Shown: positions 11,939 through 25,341, counted from the whole stretch's first letter. The stretch: DNA of 62,507 bases, filler included, from Hausera hauseri (GCA_046269625.1; 12 parts of 12 records of this genome joined end to end with filler, not necessarily neighbours in it); one strand, 5' to 3'. Made by a program: numbers and translations. The notes: generated by a model from the letters alone, not told the origin.

Positions 11939-14303
11939 GCACCATTTGCACATTTAAGCGGTGGCAAAAACATCAGCCAATCCAGTGGACACCTGAGTTG
12001 GCAGAAAAATTTGATAAATTACGCGAAGTAATTAAGACCGTCGACATTCTCGCTTTTCCAAAGCCTGATGCAGAACTTTTCCTTACTACAGACGCTTCAA
12101 CCACCGCGGTAGGTTCTGTATTGCACCAGATCTATAAAGGAGAAAATCAACAGCTAGAATTTTTCTCTCGCATGCTAACATCCGCTAAAACTAGATATTC
12201 AACGTTTGATCGAGAATTATTGGCCATCGTTCTTGCTTTAAAGCATTTCTCCCACTTAATTGTCGCTCGCCATTTTACTATACGAACTGATCACAAACCC
12301 TTACTTAACATCATAGCTATGAAACATCCTTCCACGTGTCACAAACGACAGACATGATACTTGTCGACATTTAACTTCAACATAAAACATATTAATGGGG
12401 TTAATAATTTAGTTGCCGATTTTTATCTAGGTCGGTTAGTTCGATTAATTTTTCACCGATTTTTACGCAAGCTCAATTTCAACAGAAGCAGTCACCTCAA
12501 GACATGCTTAATTCTTTTAAATCTTGCACAATTGTTTACGGCGTGGCTTTAGACACTTCCAAACTAAGTAATTCCATAATAATTCTCGCACCATCATTTC
12601 AAAGGCAAGCACTTAATAGCGTACATTCGCTACACAACCCTGGTGCTACAGCCAATTTTCGATTACTCCATCGACAAGTAATATGGCCGCCAATGCGTTC
12701 TGATGTGCTGACATGGGTTAAGGAGTGTGTGGCTTGCCAAAAATACAAAACAACTAAGCATTTAAAGCCACCACTGTTCCACTTTCCCTGCACATCGCGT
12801 TTCGAATCCGTTTATATCCAAATTGTCGGCCCTCTTCCTCCAGACAGCGGTCATGAATTCATACTCACCATGATGGACCGTTCCTCGCGACGGCCAGAAG
12901 CCATTCCTCTAGGGAGCACAAATACCGACATTATAGCTGACGTTTTCACTCGTACATTGATTAGCAGGTTTGGATCATCCCGTTTTATCATCACGGATTA
13001 GAGTCCACAGTTTGAATCCAACCTGTTCAAATCCCTTGTTAACCGAATGGGGATCTATCATATACATACTACATCTTACCATCCCCAATCGAATGGCCTC
13101 CAAGAACGCTTCCACCGCACATTGAAAATGTCACTAAGAATCCTTGCAGAGTCCAACATTAGTTGAATAAATCTTCTTCCCTTTGTTCTGCTTGACTGGC
13201 GGAACACTCCGTCCACTTCTATGGGATGCTCACCTACTGAAACCTTATTCGGAGCTCCTGTACGATCACTATTCGAACTAACTGCCCTAGACGACACTCC
13301 TACAGATGAAACGATACGGGCAGAGCCAAATCACTTCGGTACGGTCAGCAAAGATTTGTTCTGCAGGTTACTTCATAGGAAAAAAAACATATTTACCCAA
13401 ATACTTGTATTCGGCAAAATTCGTATGGCTAAAAAATCAAACGCCGTGCAATTTCAAACTTCGGTATCTGGGATCCTATAAACTGATACAATTACATTCA
13501 CACAACGCTATTATTTCTAAAGACGGCAAAGAACTTACAGTGCATATTACCAACTTAAAATCAGCTTTCTTCGTGGACGACACTTCATCAATCGACACGT
13601 CAACCTCTTTTCTTACACCTACACTTCCTGCTGTTCCTATATCTGTTGCTACACCTGTTCCACCTCCTTCTTCTGCTCCTATTTCTGCTTCATCATTTTT
13701 TACACCTTCTACATCTATTCCTATCTCTCATCCTACCTCTACCACTACCCCTGTTTCATTTTCTACTTCTACTCTTTCGCCTAACACAATTCCAATTTCT
13801 ACTTCAATTTTCGTGTTTCCTCCTCCATCCGCCACTACACCTTTTGTCGGTCCATTGTCTTCTAACACTCTCTTGAACACCCCTAACCATCCGTCTCCAA
13901 CAATCTCTCTTCCCCCTGCATCTTCTTCTTCTCTTCATTCTGACTCGTCTTTGCACGATACAACACTTACACCAAAATTCGACATTTTTTCCCAAACTTT
14001 AAACTCAGCAAGCAAACACATCGCATACAAACAATACACTCAGAGTAGCATTCAGTATGTATAGCATAGAAAAATCAGTAGAAGGCACCCAACGTCTTGT
14101 TCACATTAAGCACAAATGACACAGACACTTTTCGTTTGGTAATTTTTTCTTTCTGTCTCTTACTCCTTAACCTTGTCACAGGGGGTGATGTGGTGCCTAC
14201 CACGGCCGGTGCCCTTCGTCTAATCTGGTTGGGCATGGTTGTGCATCCGCTATCGCCGCGTCGGATCAATAGCTGGGTCCGACTCTTCGCTTTAAGAATT
14301 TAA
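11939..14303 (+). mobile_element. Ty3/Gypsy 3' half: RNase H, integrase, S/T/P-rich tail, PPT and start of 3' LTR
   Basis: TDASTTAVGSVL, YSTFDRELLAI, TDHKPL, H-H-C-C zinc-binding motif, YHPQSNGLQERFHRTLK. PPT-like AGGGGGTGA precedes TG at 14189. Closely similar to 59020-61010. Confidence 0.92.
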
Positions 14304-16324
14304 TCCGCGAATATGAATGTAAATGTGTCATTTATATTGGCAAATAATTTGGTACCAGCTTTTCTGTCACAGAAATTGATGACAAATGTCTCAGACAATA
14401 CATTATTGACGAAGTTACTGGATTTGAATATGGAAGATAGATATATAAAGAAGGTTTGATCATAGCTCTTAATTGTAGAAATGTTGTGCTAAAAGGCAAA
14501 TTTTGGATTCTGCATTTAAATATACTGCGTAAAAATCTAAAAATTATCGAAACNNNNNNNNNNNNNNNNNNNNNNNNNNNNNNNNNNNNNNNNNNNNTTA
14601 ATTAATTAANNNNNNNNNNNNNNNNNNNNNNNNNNNNNNNNNNNNNNNNNNNNGTTTGAAGTACAGGCAAAACCGTGTTGTCAGCATCAATTTGTTTACA
14701 GAAATAAATAATTATGAATGCCAGCCCCTTGTCCCAAGGCATGTAGGTCCAAAAGTTGGAGGTGGGCGTTAATCTCAGAAGTCTGATGTGAAAGTTATGC
14801 ATGTTAAATATCCCTTGGCAATTATAAGTCGAAACAAATACGGCTGAAGTGTCGCTACCGAGATAAATTTCAATTGTAAATTTCCTATAAAAAACACGAC
14901 CATTCACTGGTGCTATAGGAATTCATGCTCAATGAGATTGGATCATCTGTGACCTAAAGTAAACATTATATCAGCTGACCGTCATCACCCTACACTTGAA
15001 AAGTGACATGTGGCCCTTTCTAATGGTACAATGAATTAGACTCAGTCTGGTGAGAATCTGTATTAGATAGTATCTTTTACAGCAGAACGTTTTACTGATC
15101 CACAGTTTATAAGCATATATTTTAGTATTTCCCCGACTACCAAGGGATTTTAAACATACGAACCTCTTACAAGTGACACCCTAGTTTATTGTTTGTCGTC
15201 TCTGCTCGACCTGCTTTATAACTTGTGGCCTGTGCCTGGTTTTGTTTAACGCAAAGATGGTGGCTAAACAAATAGTTGAGTGGAGTGGGGAAAAACATTT
15301 TTTAAATCTTGTGCATAAACTTTTATTTCAGTACCGTAGAACATTTTTGTTTAACTTTGATCAGACAGTGGTGTGTTTAGAACTGCAACATTTGTTTAGT
15401 TGTCTTGCAGAAATTCAGATTGCTGTTGTATGCATTTCCTAAACATGTGAATTATCTTGCTTTTTTTTTTTATTTTCTAAATAGTCAGCACCTTTAACTA
15501 GAATTACAATTTTGTAAAACATCATTTATTTGCTGGAAATGATAATAATTTGATGGGAAGTGATTATAGTTTGATGAGATATTTTTTTTTCAATTGGCAT
15601 TGTGATGTTTCTTTGTTTCTTCATCACAAACAAATTCACATTACTTCACGTGTGTAGACCAGTTTTGGTGCACTGAACTCAGAACATTCATTATATGGTG
15701 CACTAACTCAGAACATGCTTTCATTAAAGGGTATATCAGGGGCTGAGTAAATACAGAAATCTACATACAAATGTATACACATATAAACATTTATTTTGTA
15801 ATTTTTCAAAATTACAAGGACCCGGGCCTTACTTTAAAAGTGTGCTTATTACTGTTGCCATTGATTTTTGCTGAGTAGCTGAGATTGAGCTTCATGAGAA
15901 TGTAACTCAAATTATATCCTTTTGGGTGAAAAGTTATCGCTGTATTTACGTTTCTGCCATGACAGAACATTTACTGTGTATGCAGATTGTGACAGCCAAA
16001 TGAATGTTCATTCAAGAAACATGTTTGCTGTTCTTGAAATGGGTTTGTTTCTCGTGTTTTACCACAGTCTGCATTCAAAATCTCCTTGAAGAGGCTAATG
16101 TTACTGCCTTTGAAAATTTAAACTTGTCTTTGTTTTAACTCCATGTCACAAAGTGGTGCACTCTTTTGGGAAAGCCCCATAAAGACTGTTTAAGTCCTGA
16201 AAACGTTTAATGGAGTGTGTACAAAGCTGTCTTGCTATCCTGGTGGTTATTTAAAAGTGTGGAATGAGCCTTGAGGCAGAAGTTCAGTGTTCTCTCCTCA
16301 ATGTAGTAAAGTAGTAAGTAAAGA

Positions 16325-16530
16325 AACCCCATTTACGTCTTAAAGACGTATAAGGGAACGTGGAGTTAGTGCCCACATAATTGGATATGTGGTCAGCATA
16401 ATGCCGGGCCATCTTTACTTTCCCAGAGAATTTCTCTGGTACGCATTTTGATCTGAAACATTCAACTCGCCACAGCTGGGATCGAACCCTGACCAAGTGA
16501 ATACACTAACCACTGTGCTGTCGTGACTCT
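16325..16530 (-). mobile_element. tRNA-derived SINE with Deu/Nin-like central domain
   Basis: Minus strand shows A-box-like AGCACAGTGGTT, B-box GGTTCGATCCC, then GTACCAGAGAAATTCTCTGGGAAAGTAAAG..GGCCCGGC...GCTGACCAC. A partial second copy lies at ~18578-18610. Confidence 0.6.
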
Positions 16531-17054
16531 TTCTCCCCTCATTGTGGTCCACATTTGCTGGGGGCTATCTCATTCATCTCCCAGTTGGCAATCATTCTCC
16601 CCTTCCATTGCCTAGGAGTCATGGCATGGGGCAGAGGCCCTGTTGCTGTATAAAAGGCCGAAAAGATTGTCAAAACACAGGGTTATAGACCTAGTATTAA
16701 TCTCCCTTGGATCTGGCATATCATTTATTGTTTTGTATTTTCAAGTGTTTGACATAATTGTTTTATTGATATGTGCACATAGTCCTTGTTATTCACGGAT
16801 TATGCTTATTCACAAGTGATAAAGTGTAACAGATCTGAGTGATCGTTTGTCTTGTCGTTTCTGTGTTCGGTCTCTGTCGACTATGTTCAGTGACATATTC
16901 AGTCACCCTCCACCTACTTTAAGGCCACGTTATTAATCTGGTTCAAACACAATCTGGCAATGTGACTGTTTTTGTGTTGCCGTCTCCTGCTTTCTGTGTG
17001 TTTATGCTTTGCTTTTGTGAGCATCTTTTAATCATTTTAAATCTGTTTTAAATG

Positions 17055-17335
17055 ATAGTTGCGTAAAGATCTCCTTGTAATGATGAAAGAACGGAAGCTG
17101 AAATGGTATGACCATGTCACAAGATCAAACGGTCTAGCAAAAACTATCCTGCAAGGCGCTTCACCAAGCGGGAGAAAACAGGGTTGACAGAAAAAAAAAT
17201 GGGAGGATAATATCAAAGAATGGACAGGCCTGATGTTCAGGGCATCACAACACAGCAAAGAACCGAGACTAATGGAGAAGGATCATTTGGGGGTCATTGA
17301 ACGATCACTGTAGGTTACAGGACTGATGATGATGA
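17055..17335 (+). mobile_element. RTE-clade LINE 3' end
   Basis: RKLKWYDHVTRSNGLAKTILQG...KKWEDNIKEWTGL followed by a (GAT)n tail. Confidence 0.75.
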
Positions 17336-17489
17336 ATGACAGTTGCATCTTAGTACAATTGTGTTAGTGATGGTACATAAGCGTATGAAGACTGTGATGG
17401 GCCTGATGAGAAAGTAGTTCTGTTAGAATGTTATCCTAGAGTATATCTAGTTTCTCAAAGCCACTAGATATGATGTGAATAATTCTTCT

Positions 17490-17900
17490 TCTTTAGCATT
17501 ACAAGCCTTGTAGGCTTCTTGCTGCATATGATACGATGCTCCTCTAATTCTTCTGTCTTTCTTCTTTTCCTTCCAGTTCTTGACCTTTAGATCTTGAAGG
17601 TCATCCTCCACATTGTCTGTCTATCTTCTTTTTAATCATCCTCTTGGACTTGACCCCATCTCTGTATATACTTGTTTGTTGTCTTCTATTTATTCTACAT
17701 GGTCCAGCATGTTGACTTTGAGGATGTAAGCTCTTGGTGGATTTCTTTGTTATTTCTAATTGTGATATGTTGTGAATCATCCATTATTTTGTAACTTTTG
17801 TAACGTGTGGTGTATGTTGGAGTAGTGATCATATTAGTGAATGGGTGGCGAGAAGGTAGATGCATGCCCAGTGATTTTGTACCATTTCAAAGAAAAAAAT
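17490..17900 (-). mobile_element. Degenerate LINE 3' fragment
   Basis: Minus strand gives decayed W.DH(V)E...PRG..KRR..DNVEDDL motifs and ends in an (AAG)n tail. Confidence 0.45.
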
Positions 17901-19019
17901 ATTCAGTAAAGATAAAAAAAGCTGTTTTTTTCCCATGATGAGTTTATAGTAATTAGTAACAGTTGTGTATGGTGGACAGCATTCTGCAAGAACCTTTATT
18001 TTTCCATTGACTATATGTATAAATGTATGTGGGATTTTTGAGGAACTTAACCCGCACGGATAGTGAGGGTTGACTGTATCATTTTGTAGTTTTTGTTATT
18101 GTTAACACACTTGGGCCATTTTTGCTAACATTGTTCCAGAAACCCAGGGTTTTTTTAAGTCATTTTTTGGGGTATGTTTATGTTTCAATTTTCATAGAAC
18201 ATTCTGAAAGACTCTACATATTGTGTGCTCATTTCATTTCATTTGAAAGTATTCTTGCTGGCATTATTGCCAGGACATCTCCGTGATGTTGCCAGAACAT
18301 ACAGGTGATCACTATTGTGTTGTAAGATCATTGTGTCCTGATCTTGGTGAGAGACTTCAGACTCTATGTAGTAATCTTTGGCATTCTAGACTTTGGTGAA
18401 CGAGTTTGAATATTTTACTTAATACATTATGGACACTTAGTAAGGATAACCACAGATAACGTCTCACTTGGATGCAGTAGGAGCCAACAGTGTCCTATGT
18501 CTTTTATTAATGAGTAACACTAAGTCCACCAGATTTTATGAAGTTAGGGTCGCCTTAACTAACATACCAAGAAGTTGGTACTTTCCCAGAAAATTTCTCT
18601 GGTACCCAGTTTTTAAGGCCGGGTGAATCTTAGAACAGTTTTAGTGGGAGAAAAAAATCAACTTAAAAAGTCCAGAATTCGCTAAAGTGTAAAACTCTGT
18701 GAACAGGATCAGCATGTGTATTCATTTGTGTTTGGATTCTCACTTTCATTATTATTATGACATATCATGGCTGGGTCGATAATGAACCCAGAAATAGGTA
18801 ACAGTGACTTTTTATTAAATGAGAGGCAGATATCAAGAAAGTGGTTGTGATCCATACAGGTTTGAGATTAGAATTACCGTGTTTGTTGTTGTTACATCAT
18901 TTTATTAGCATTATTACGGTAATGCTTACATCACTGCTATAATGGTCATGATTGGTGTATTGTGGTAATTGATAATGTGTATTCAGTGATGTTGATTTTG
19001 GCTTGGAAACTCGGGGAGA

Positions 19020-19721
19020 ACTCAGGGGCTGGTGTGGTGGAACACAAACTGAAAGCATTCATAACCAAATGCCCAAGACAAAAACTTGGCCAAACAATAT
19101 TTCAAATGACGGCCTGCTAGAGCATATGAGACGAGCCCTAGTCGGAATGAGGAACTGAAAGTTGATGGGATGCACATCATGTAAGAGGGGGAAAAACATT
19201 GCCAGATGTGTTTTATAATAGAACCCCCAGGTACAGAGGAGGGTTGGGGGAACAGCCTGGAAAAAGGACTTTAGATAAAGATATTATTGAAGCACTGACA
19301 TTGAATGAGATAAGGATAAATACATTTATGTTAATGTATTAGATATCAGAATTAGACATCAACATTGTGGGTGAGCAACTAATGGAACAAAGGGGAATAA
19401 ACAGAAAAGATAAACAACAGTAGAGACAACTAAGTAATACAATCAGAAAAATATGTAATGCAGCAAAAGAAGACTGACTAACCAAAAGATGGAATGAGAT
19501 TGAAGCACAGCAACAAAAATCCAAGAAATATGCATCAAACAATAAATAATTATACAGGGAAAAGATCAAGTGGTTCAACAGGATGCATCAAATCAAAAGA
19601 GGGTAAAATATTAATGGAAAAAGAGAAGTAATGGCAAGATGGTCAGAATACATAGGGGACCTATATAATGATAATAGACCAGAAATAACTGATAATAACA
19701 ATAACAAGGGGGAAAGCACCA
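19020..19721 (+). mobile_element. Degenerate LINE fragments (RTE-like)
   Basis: AAKED*LTKRWNEIE..., EVMARWSEYIGDLY, typical of the RTE endonuclease-RT linker. Confidence 0.55.
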
Positions 19722-19821
19722 NNNNNNNNNNNNNNNNNNNNNNNNNNNNNNNNNNNNNNNNNNNNTTAATTAATTAANNNNNNNNNNNNNNNNNNNNNNN
19801 NNNNNNNNNNNNNNNNNNNNN

Positions 19822-20828
19822 TTTTGCTCAGCAAACCCATGTTGCTCACGATATATTGCATATATCTGCAAACTTATTCATTAGACTCAGAGTCTTGTTT
19901 GTACTTCTCATCGAAATCTGCATTCCGACCCAAACTGATATAATTCACATTGCTAAGGGTAAACGTTTCCGAATAGGTGGTATAACTCCCGTTTGTTGAA
20001 AAGTCGTTTGAAATGTAACAAGCACAAATTTCGGCAATCGCATGTTGCTAAACAGTGCATCTTTGTAAAACGTAGTTGAACCCTTAAGTATGGTGTAAAA
20101 TACGAGTTCTGTGCGTTTCATCGGGCAACAGGCATTTTGCGTTTCCAAGTACAATGGATGTGCCATGAGCACAGGTGGTTCTATCTTTACTCCATGTACG
20201 TATAATCGTGTCTCGGTAATTTTCAGTATAGGAGTGAGATTTGCAACGGTGGTTTTCAAACAAAAAACATTGTCGGGCGTTTGAGCCGAATCATGGTTTT
20301 AACACCATATAGTAGGTATTTCGGCTGATCGAAAAAGTCAAAGCACAGAGGTCCACACATTGTAGGTGCTTTTGATTCCGCCATCCGTGCCCGACGGTTT
20401 GCTGCAGTGGCGTCATATCCGATGGTTTTCGTCAAATGAGTCGTTTTCGTATCAGTACTGTAATTTAGAGTTGTTACAATGAGTGCTTTGATACTGTATA
20501 GACTGGTGTTGCCTTCAATTTTGACGCTGCTTAGAGTCAGTGAAGCCTTCTGGAACAGTGTAAGGAAAAGGTAATTGGCTGGTGTGACAGTGTCTGTTGC
20601 AGTAAGACCCGTTGATGAATCCTTTTTAACAATGACTTTTACGTAGGATAGCGTATCTTTCAAATCCACGTATTCATTGTCCGATGCCATAATGTTGAAT
20701 TGAAAGTCAATGTTATCGTCCATTGAAACCAAATCAACGGAGTATATTTCTTCAAACGCCGCATTGTCAATAACAACTTGTGGTGCGCCTTTGCCAAATA
20801 TACACAAATAAGATTTTGCAGATACCAT
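19822..20828 (-). pseudogene. Polinton major capsid (double jelly-roll, hexon-like) protein
   Basis: SAKSYLCIF...IDFQFNI...EYVDLKDTLSYVKV, PANYLFLTLF, CFDFFDQPKYLL.GV..IRLKR, RLPKFVLV. Confidence 0.88.
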
Positions 20829-20835
20829 TTGTCTC

Positions 20836-21170
20836 TCAATTGAAAATCATACGACGACGACGTTTGTTTATATTTGATGAGCTTGATGATAATCTACGGC
20901 GTTTTCTCAAGCCACTACAAGCGAATTGTTTTTTGTCTGATTCAACGACTCCCGGTGCACCCTTTTTTATTTCTGACAAGGCGTGTACCATCAATGATGG
21001 TAAAGTCGGTTTGTTTTTATATATTACGTCCTGTGCTGTTTTTGCTGCCACAACTCAAATACGCTTCAATAGCGGAAATATGCAAAGCGCCATTGGACGC
21101 AACCATCCAGAGTTATACTGTTTATAAACGAAATACGGCAGTTTACCGCCCTGTTGGGGTTTAGTGTAAA
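20836..21170 (-). pseudogene. Small Polinton core-like protein (Q-x-G motifs, basic C-terminus)
   Basis: QQGGKLPYF..KQYNSG...FPLLKR...KRRRRMIFN, immediately upstream of the major capsid gene. Confidence 0.65.
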
Positions 21171-21202
21171 TGGAAACTATTTCGGAATCAATCATTTTGG
21201 AT

Positions 21203-22231
21203 TTAAAGGAAATGAAGAGTTAGACTAGTTGTAGTACCGTATGGAATTTCAATAAAGTAGCCCGCGTCGCATCGGATATTCACTTCAACAATGTTTATAG
21301 ATGCGGATACCACAGGTAGGTACGTTGGATTAACGAGCTTGACTGTCACATTGTCTCCCGCAGTATACTTGCAGCTTTTCGGATAAATTGCACAGAGTAG
21401 CGGTACACGTACGGTGCCGATCACTTAAATGTAAGTTTGACTTAGTTCAGTTTTTAGTTTGGGTTTAAATGTTGCAAGGTGTGCCGCCGCCGTCTTCGTA
21501 TTCCATACCTCAAACCACTGTTTTTCAAAACTTAATACTATGGCCAAATTTTTGTCCAATGAAATTTCGATAATATCCTTAGCCACTTGCATCGAATTCG
21601 AAAACTTTAAATTACGCATTGTACTTTTTATTCGAGGAAAAATGTTGACAGAGATGTGCTACAGATTCGCAATAGACATTGTCTCCAATCGATACGTATG
21701 ATGTTGATAGCCTTTCTGCTGTATATGTAAATTTTACCGCTGTCTGATAATATACGGGACTTAATCTCGGACAAACTACATATTCACTTTTAATATGTTT
21801 ACCTTTGTACTCTGTATTTTTGAATACAAATTTCTGCGCCATATCAGAAGACTCAAAGGTAACGGTAAATTCAAAATCTGTCATAAAATGTAAGGTTTGA
21901 TCTGAAATAAAACACCGATTTTGCCGTATAAACCGTAGTTTGCTTCGGTGGTGGAAATGGTCGATTCTCCAACTGTTATTTTATTGTTACTAAATATCAG
22001 AGGACAAGAATGTGTTTTGGTTTCAGTAACAGTTTTGTTGTACGCTATATTTATACTGCATTTCAATGTAACCGGCGCATAGGGAAAGTTAAATTCTGTC
22101 AGTGCAACCTTTAATTTTCCAGATACATCCAAAGGATTGTTCCAATCCACAACGTATTCACTGGCTGAATTGTTCGGACGAGTCGTCTGACAACTGTTGC
22201 TTGGCAACACCACGTAAGTACTCACGTTCAC
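21203..22231 (-). pseudogene. Polinton minor capsid (penton-like) protein, copy 2
   Basis: YVVLPSNS...NNSASEY...PLDVSGKLKVALTEFNFP and VPLL...NPTYLPV...IVEVNIRCDAG...LTLHF. Confidence 0.82.
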
Positions 22232-22269
22232 AGTGATCTCAATAATGATTATGCAGTGCGTTTATTATC

Positions 22270-23255
22270 TACGACGTCGAAAATGTAACGTCAAATGTGT
22301 CGTTGAACCAAATAGAAATTTAATGGGTTCCCAAAATTCATCAAGCATATACACGGAAGTACTGTGCACAATATTGTGAGACAATGACGAGTACATGGGT
22401 CTAAGAATATTAACGCGAACAATTTCACCCGATGTTTTGTACGTGTCAGAATCCAGTTCGATAAAAGCCAGTAGTTATTTACGTTCTTCACCAACGAGTA
22501 CGAATTGTATTTGGCAACAATATGTTGTCCAACAGGGGTTTGTTAGAAATCACGTTTTGGGAAACCCAGATACCGAGCCAATAATTCATCAAAGAAAAAA
22601 TATGTTACATTTTCATGTATTGTAAGCGAAATATGGCCATCTGCGTTTATTTCACATGTCTTTACAGCTAATGTAGCCGTTTTCTTCACGTATTCACACA
22701 ATTCCAGTTCCGTTTCCATTAATGAATCGTGTGGTATAATATGTGAGCGGAAGACTGATTCTGACTTAGTCCACTTTACTATAATATCGGATCCCGCATT
22801 GGATGAAAAGCCCAATTTTTTACCAATTATAACATGTCCACCTAATCGTAGACATTTTGAGTGTACATTGACTGATTGAAAACTCTATGCCTGATTATCA
22901 GCTATAGATTTAAACTGAATTTCAATGGGATTTCGATGCACTAGTTTTATACGGTAGTTTGAAAAATAATCATAAACCGAGAAACGTAATATCGAATTAT
23001 TTTGAAGAGTATATCGGTTATTGTGTTGGATTGTCCGCAAACGACTTGAAATAGGATACGTTTCTTGTCCGCTAAAATAAATACCACTGTTCTGACCTAT
23101 TGTCATTGGTGAAAATGTAAATGTGAATTCCGTTAAAACCACTTCTCACGTCCCGTGACGTAAATCGACCGGTTGATCCAAGTGCATGGTAAATTGTTTA
23201 GCGGTATTGTCATTGTCATCATGTTGTGATAACGATCTGTTACTTTCAAGTACAA
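22270..23255 (-). pseudogene. Polinton minor capsid (penton-like) protein, copy 1
   Basis: N-terminal LVLESN...NTAKQFTMHLDQPVDL...EVVLTEF and C-terminal PMYSSL...EPIKFLFGSTTHLTLHFRR. Confidence 0.75.
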
Positions 23256-23266
23256 GTTAATGCTGC

Positions 23267-24336
23267 TCATTGAATCTGTGATGCAAAAATCCAACTAAGT
23301 GCAGTGTATCCGTACCACTTGACGAGATATTGTTTATTCGAATCTTTGACATATGAACGTCGAATTTCTTGAATACGATATACATCGGGTTTCTCGGGCA
23401 GTACCTGCAGTTCTTGTTTGTAGAATTTACCGCATATTTCCTCACCGTTTTTATCCTCTAAAATGTACATGACAGGTGTTTGTTTTGTGTTGACTGCCGA
23501 AATGCAGAAAACCTCGTCGCTCCAGTTCTGATTAAAATTCTTAATGAACGGTGTCGTAGTTATTTTCGAAATACGTACGTAAGTACAGATTTTACATTTT
23601 TGGCGTTTAATTGCCTGTCACTATGTTCGGTTTGATAAAGCCACATGTCCAAATCGTCGATTACGTCAACCCGGTGCATTCCGTTGATTCCGCAATGTAT
23701 CGAATGATTCTATGCATGGATAACATCTGGCAGTACATCTACCCGGGGTTTTTTGCCTTGCTTCGTAAAGAATTTGTTTAGGTGACCGCAAAATGTTCGA
23801 TTAAATCGTTCAAAGAGTGCAGCCTTGTATTGGAAAAACATCAATTAGTGGTTTACACCAAACCGTTTCAAGACCGCTGCAACATGGGCGTTGTAGAATT
23901 CCTTACCCAAATCCGTTTGTAAATGCTTCGGCAGTTGCTATTGTTGTATCAGTGTCTGAACAGCGTCGGCAATCCATTTACCGGATTTAGATTTCACAGC
24001 AATTGCACGTGAAAAACGACTAAACACATCACTACATGTCAGCATGTACCGATACCCATTGTTGATGCTGGCGTACGGAATTATTTACATGCGATCCATT
24101 TGTCATACATTATTTACACCAGCAGCACAGTATGCAGGAGTTGGAAACCGCCTTCTTATTGATTTATTTAGACTGTATGTTAGCTGTTTCTCCAGCCAAC
24201 GTTGGGTCTGTTGCCAAGTCTGTTTGACAGTCTTTGCCAGTTTGTCGACGCCAGTATACCCGACGGGATGACGCGGGTCAAACCACACGTCGCCTATCGT
24301 CGGTGTTGTCGTCGCCGGTTTTGCTGCTGCTTGCAT
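23267..24336 (-). pseudogene. Polinton retroviral-like integrase with C-terminal chromodomain
   Basis: WFDPRHPVGYTG...WLEKQLTYSLNK..RRRF, NNGYRYMLTCSDVFSRF, LQTDLGKEFYN, KAALFERFNRT, GKFYKQELQ, YLVKWYGY. Confidence 0.92.
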
Positions 24337-24599
24337 TACAATAATTTGAACGAAACGTAAATGAAAGATTCGGTAAACTGGGGCAGAAAGATGAAAACCA
24401 TGTACCCATTTCGCCGAATAACCATATACTTACCGTCATTGTTTATACTATGATGTTGTTGCAGAACCAATGAGTCCACCCAGTAATGACGTGACAATCN
24501 NNNNNNNNNNNNNNNNNNNNNNNNNNNNNNNNNNNNNNNNNNNTTAATTAATTAANNNNNNNNNNNNNNNNNNNNNNNNNNNNNNNNNNNNNNNNNNNN

Positions 24600-25341
24600 T
24601 TCTAGGCGGAATTTTTTCGTCTACTGGAATCCATACTTCTCCGAGCTTTCTTTCCTTATTAATTTTAGTTCCTTTTATTGGTCCGAGTTCGATTACCTTT
24701 GAAGTATTCAAATCTACCGCGACGTTTGGTAGACGTCCCAATATATCACATCCTAGCACTACGTCATCTGTCACGTGTTCCATTATAAAAAATTCATGTT
24801 GGAATGTTTGTCCCATTATCTTAAGATTATGGTTCAACTTAAATTTTAGTCTTGACTCTTGTCCGAAATGTCCTATACTTCAGGGGTCGGTTGCTAGTAA
24901 TAAACGTAGCTGATTCCGTAGTGTTTTTGGTATCGATCCGTCCTTTATAAATGATTTCTCTGATCCGGTATCTACTAGTGCGTATACCTCCCAATCGTCA
25001 ACACTAATTTTGACGAAGGGCCTACCTTCTTTTATCTTAGGTTGTCTAACGGCGGATATTTGGTACCAATTTATACTAATTTCGGGTACTTTATTCTCGA
25101 TTACTTGCCTTAGTTCTTCGATGGGATATAACCCATTAATGACGCCGTTTTCATTGTTTTGTTCTGGTATATTGATTAGTGGTACTTGATTGTTTGGATT
25201 ATAGGAAAATTGCATTCGTGGATTATCCCAAATTGACGATTTAGTTTCTATATTCCGTGAGATCCTTGGTGAGTATATCACACTGTAGTCATCCACCGAT
25301 AATTCAGATTTTTCTTGAATTCGGTACATTTTCCGTAACAC
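24600..25341 (-). pseudogene. Retropepsin (Ty3/Gypsy-type aspartic protease), start of pol
   Basis: RPFVKISVDDWEVYALVDTGSEKSFI, then after a frameshift QHEFFIMEHVTDDVVLGCDIL. Continues to ..KIPPR at the contig end. Confidence 0.88.

Larger units (their letters stand above)
19822..24499 (-). mobile_element. Polinton/Maverick integrase plus virion module (whole contig)
   Basis: Colinear minus-strand genes: integrase, minor capsid 1, minor capsid 2, core protein, major capsid. All are disrupted. Confidence 0.92.
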
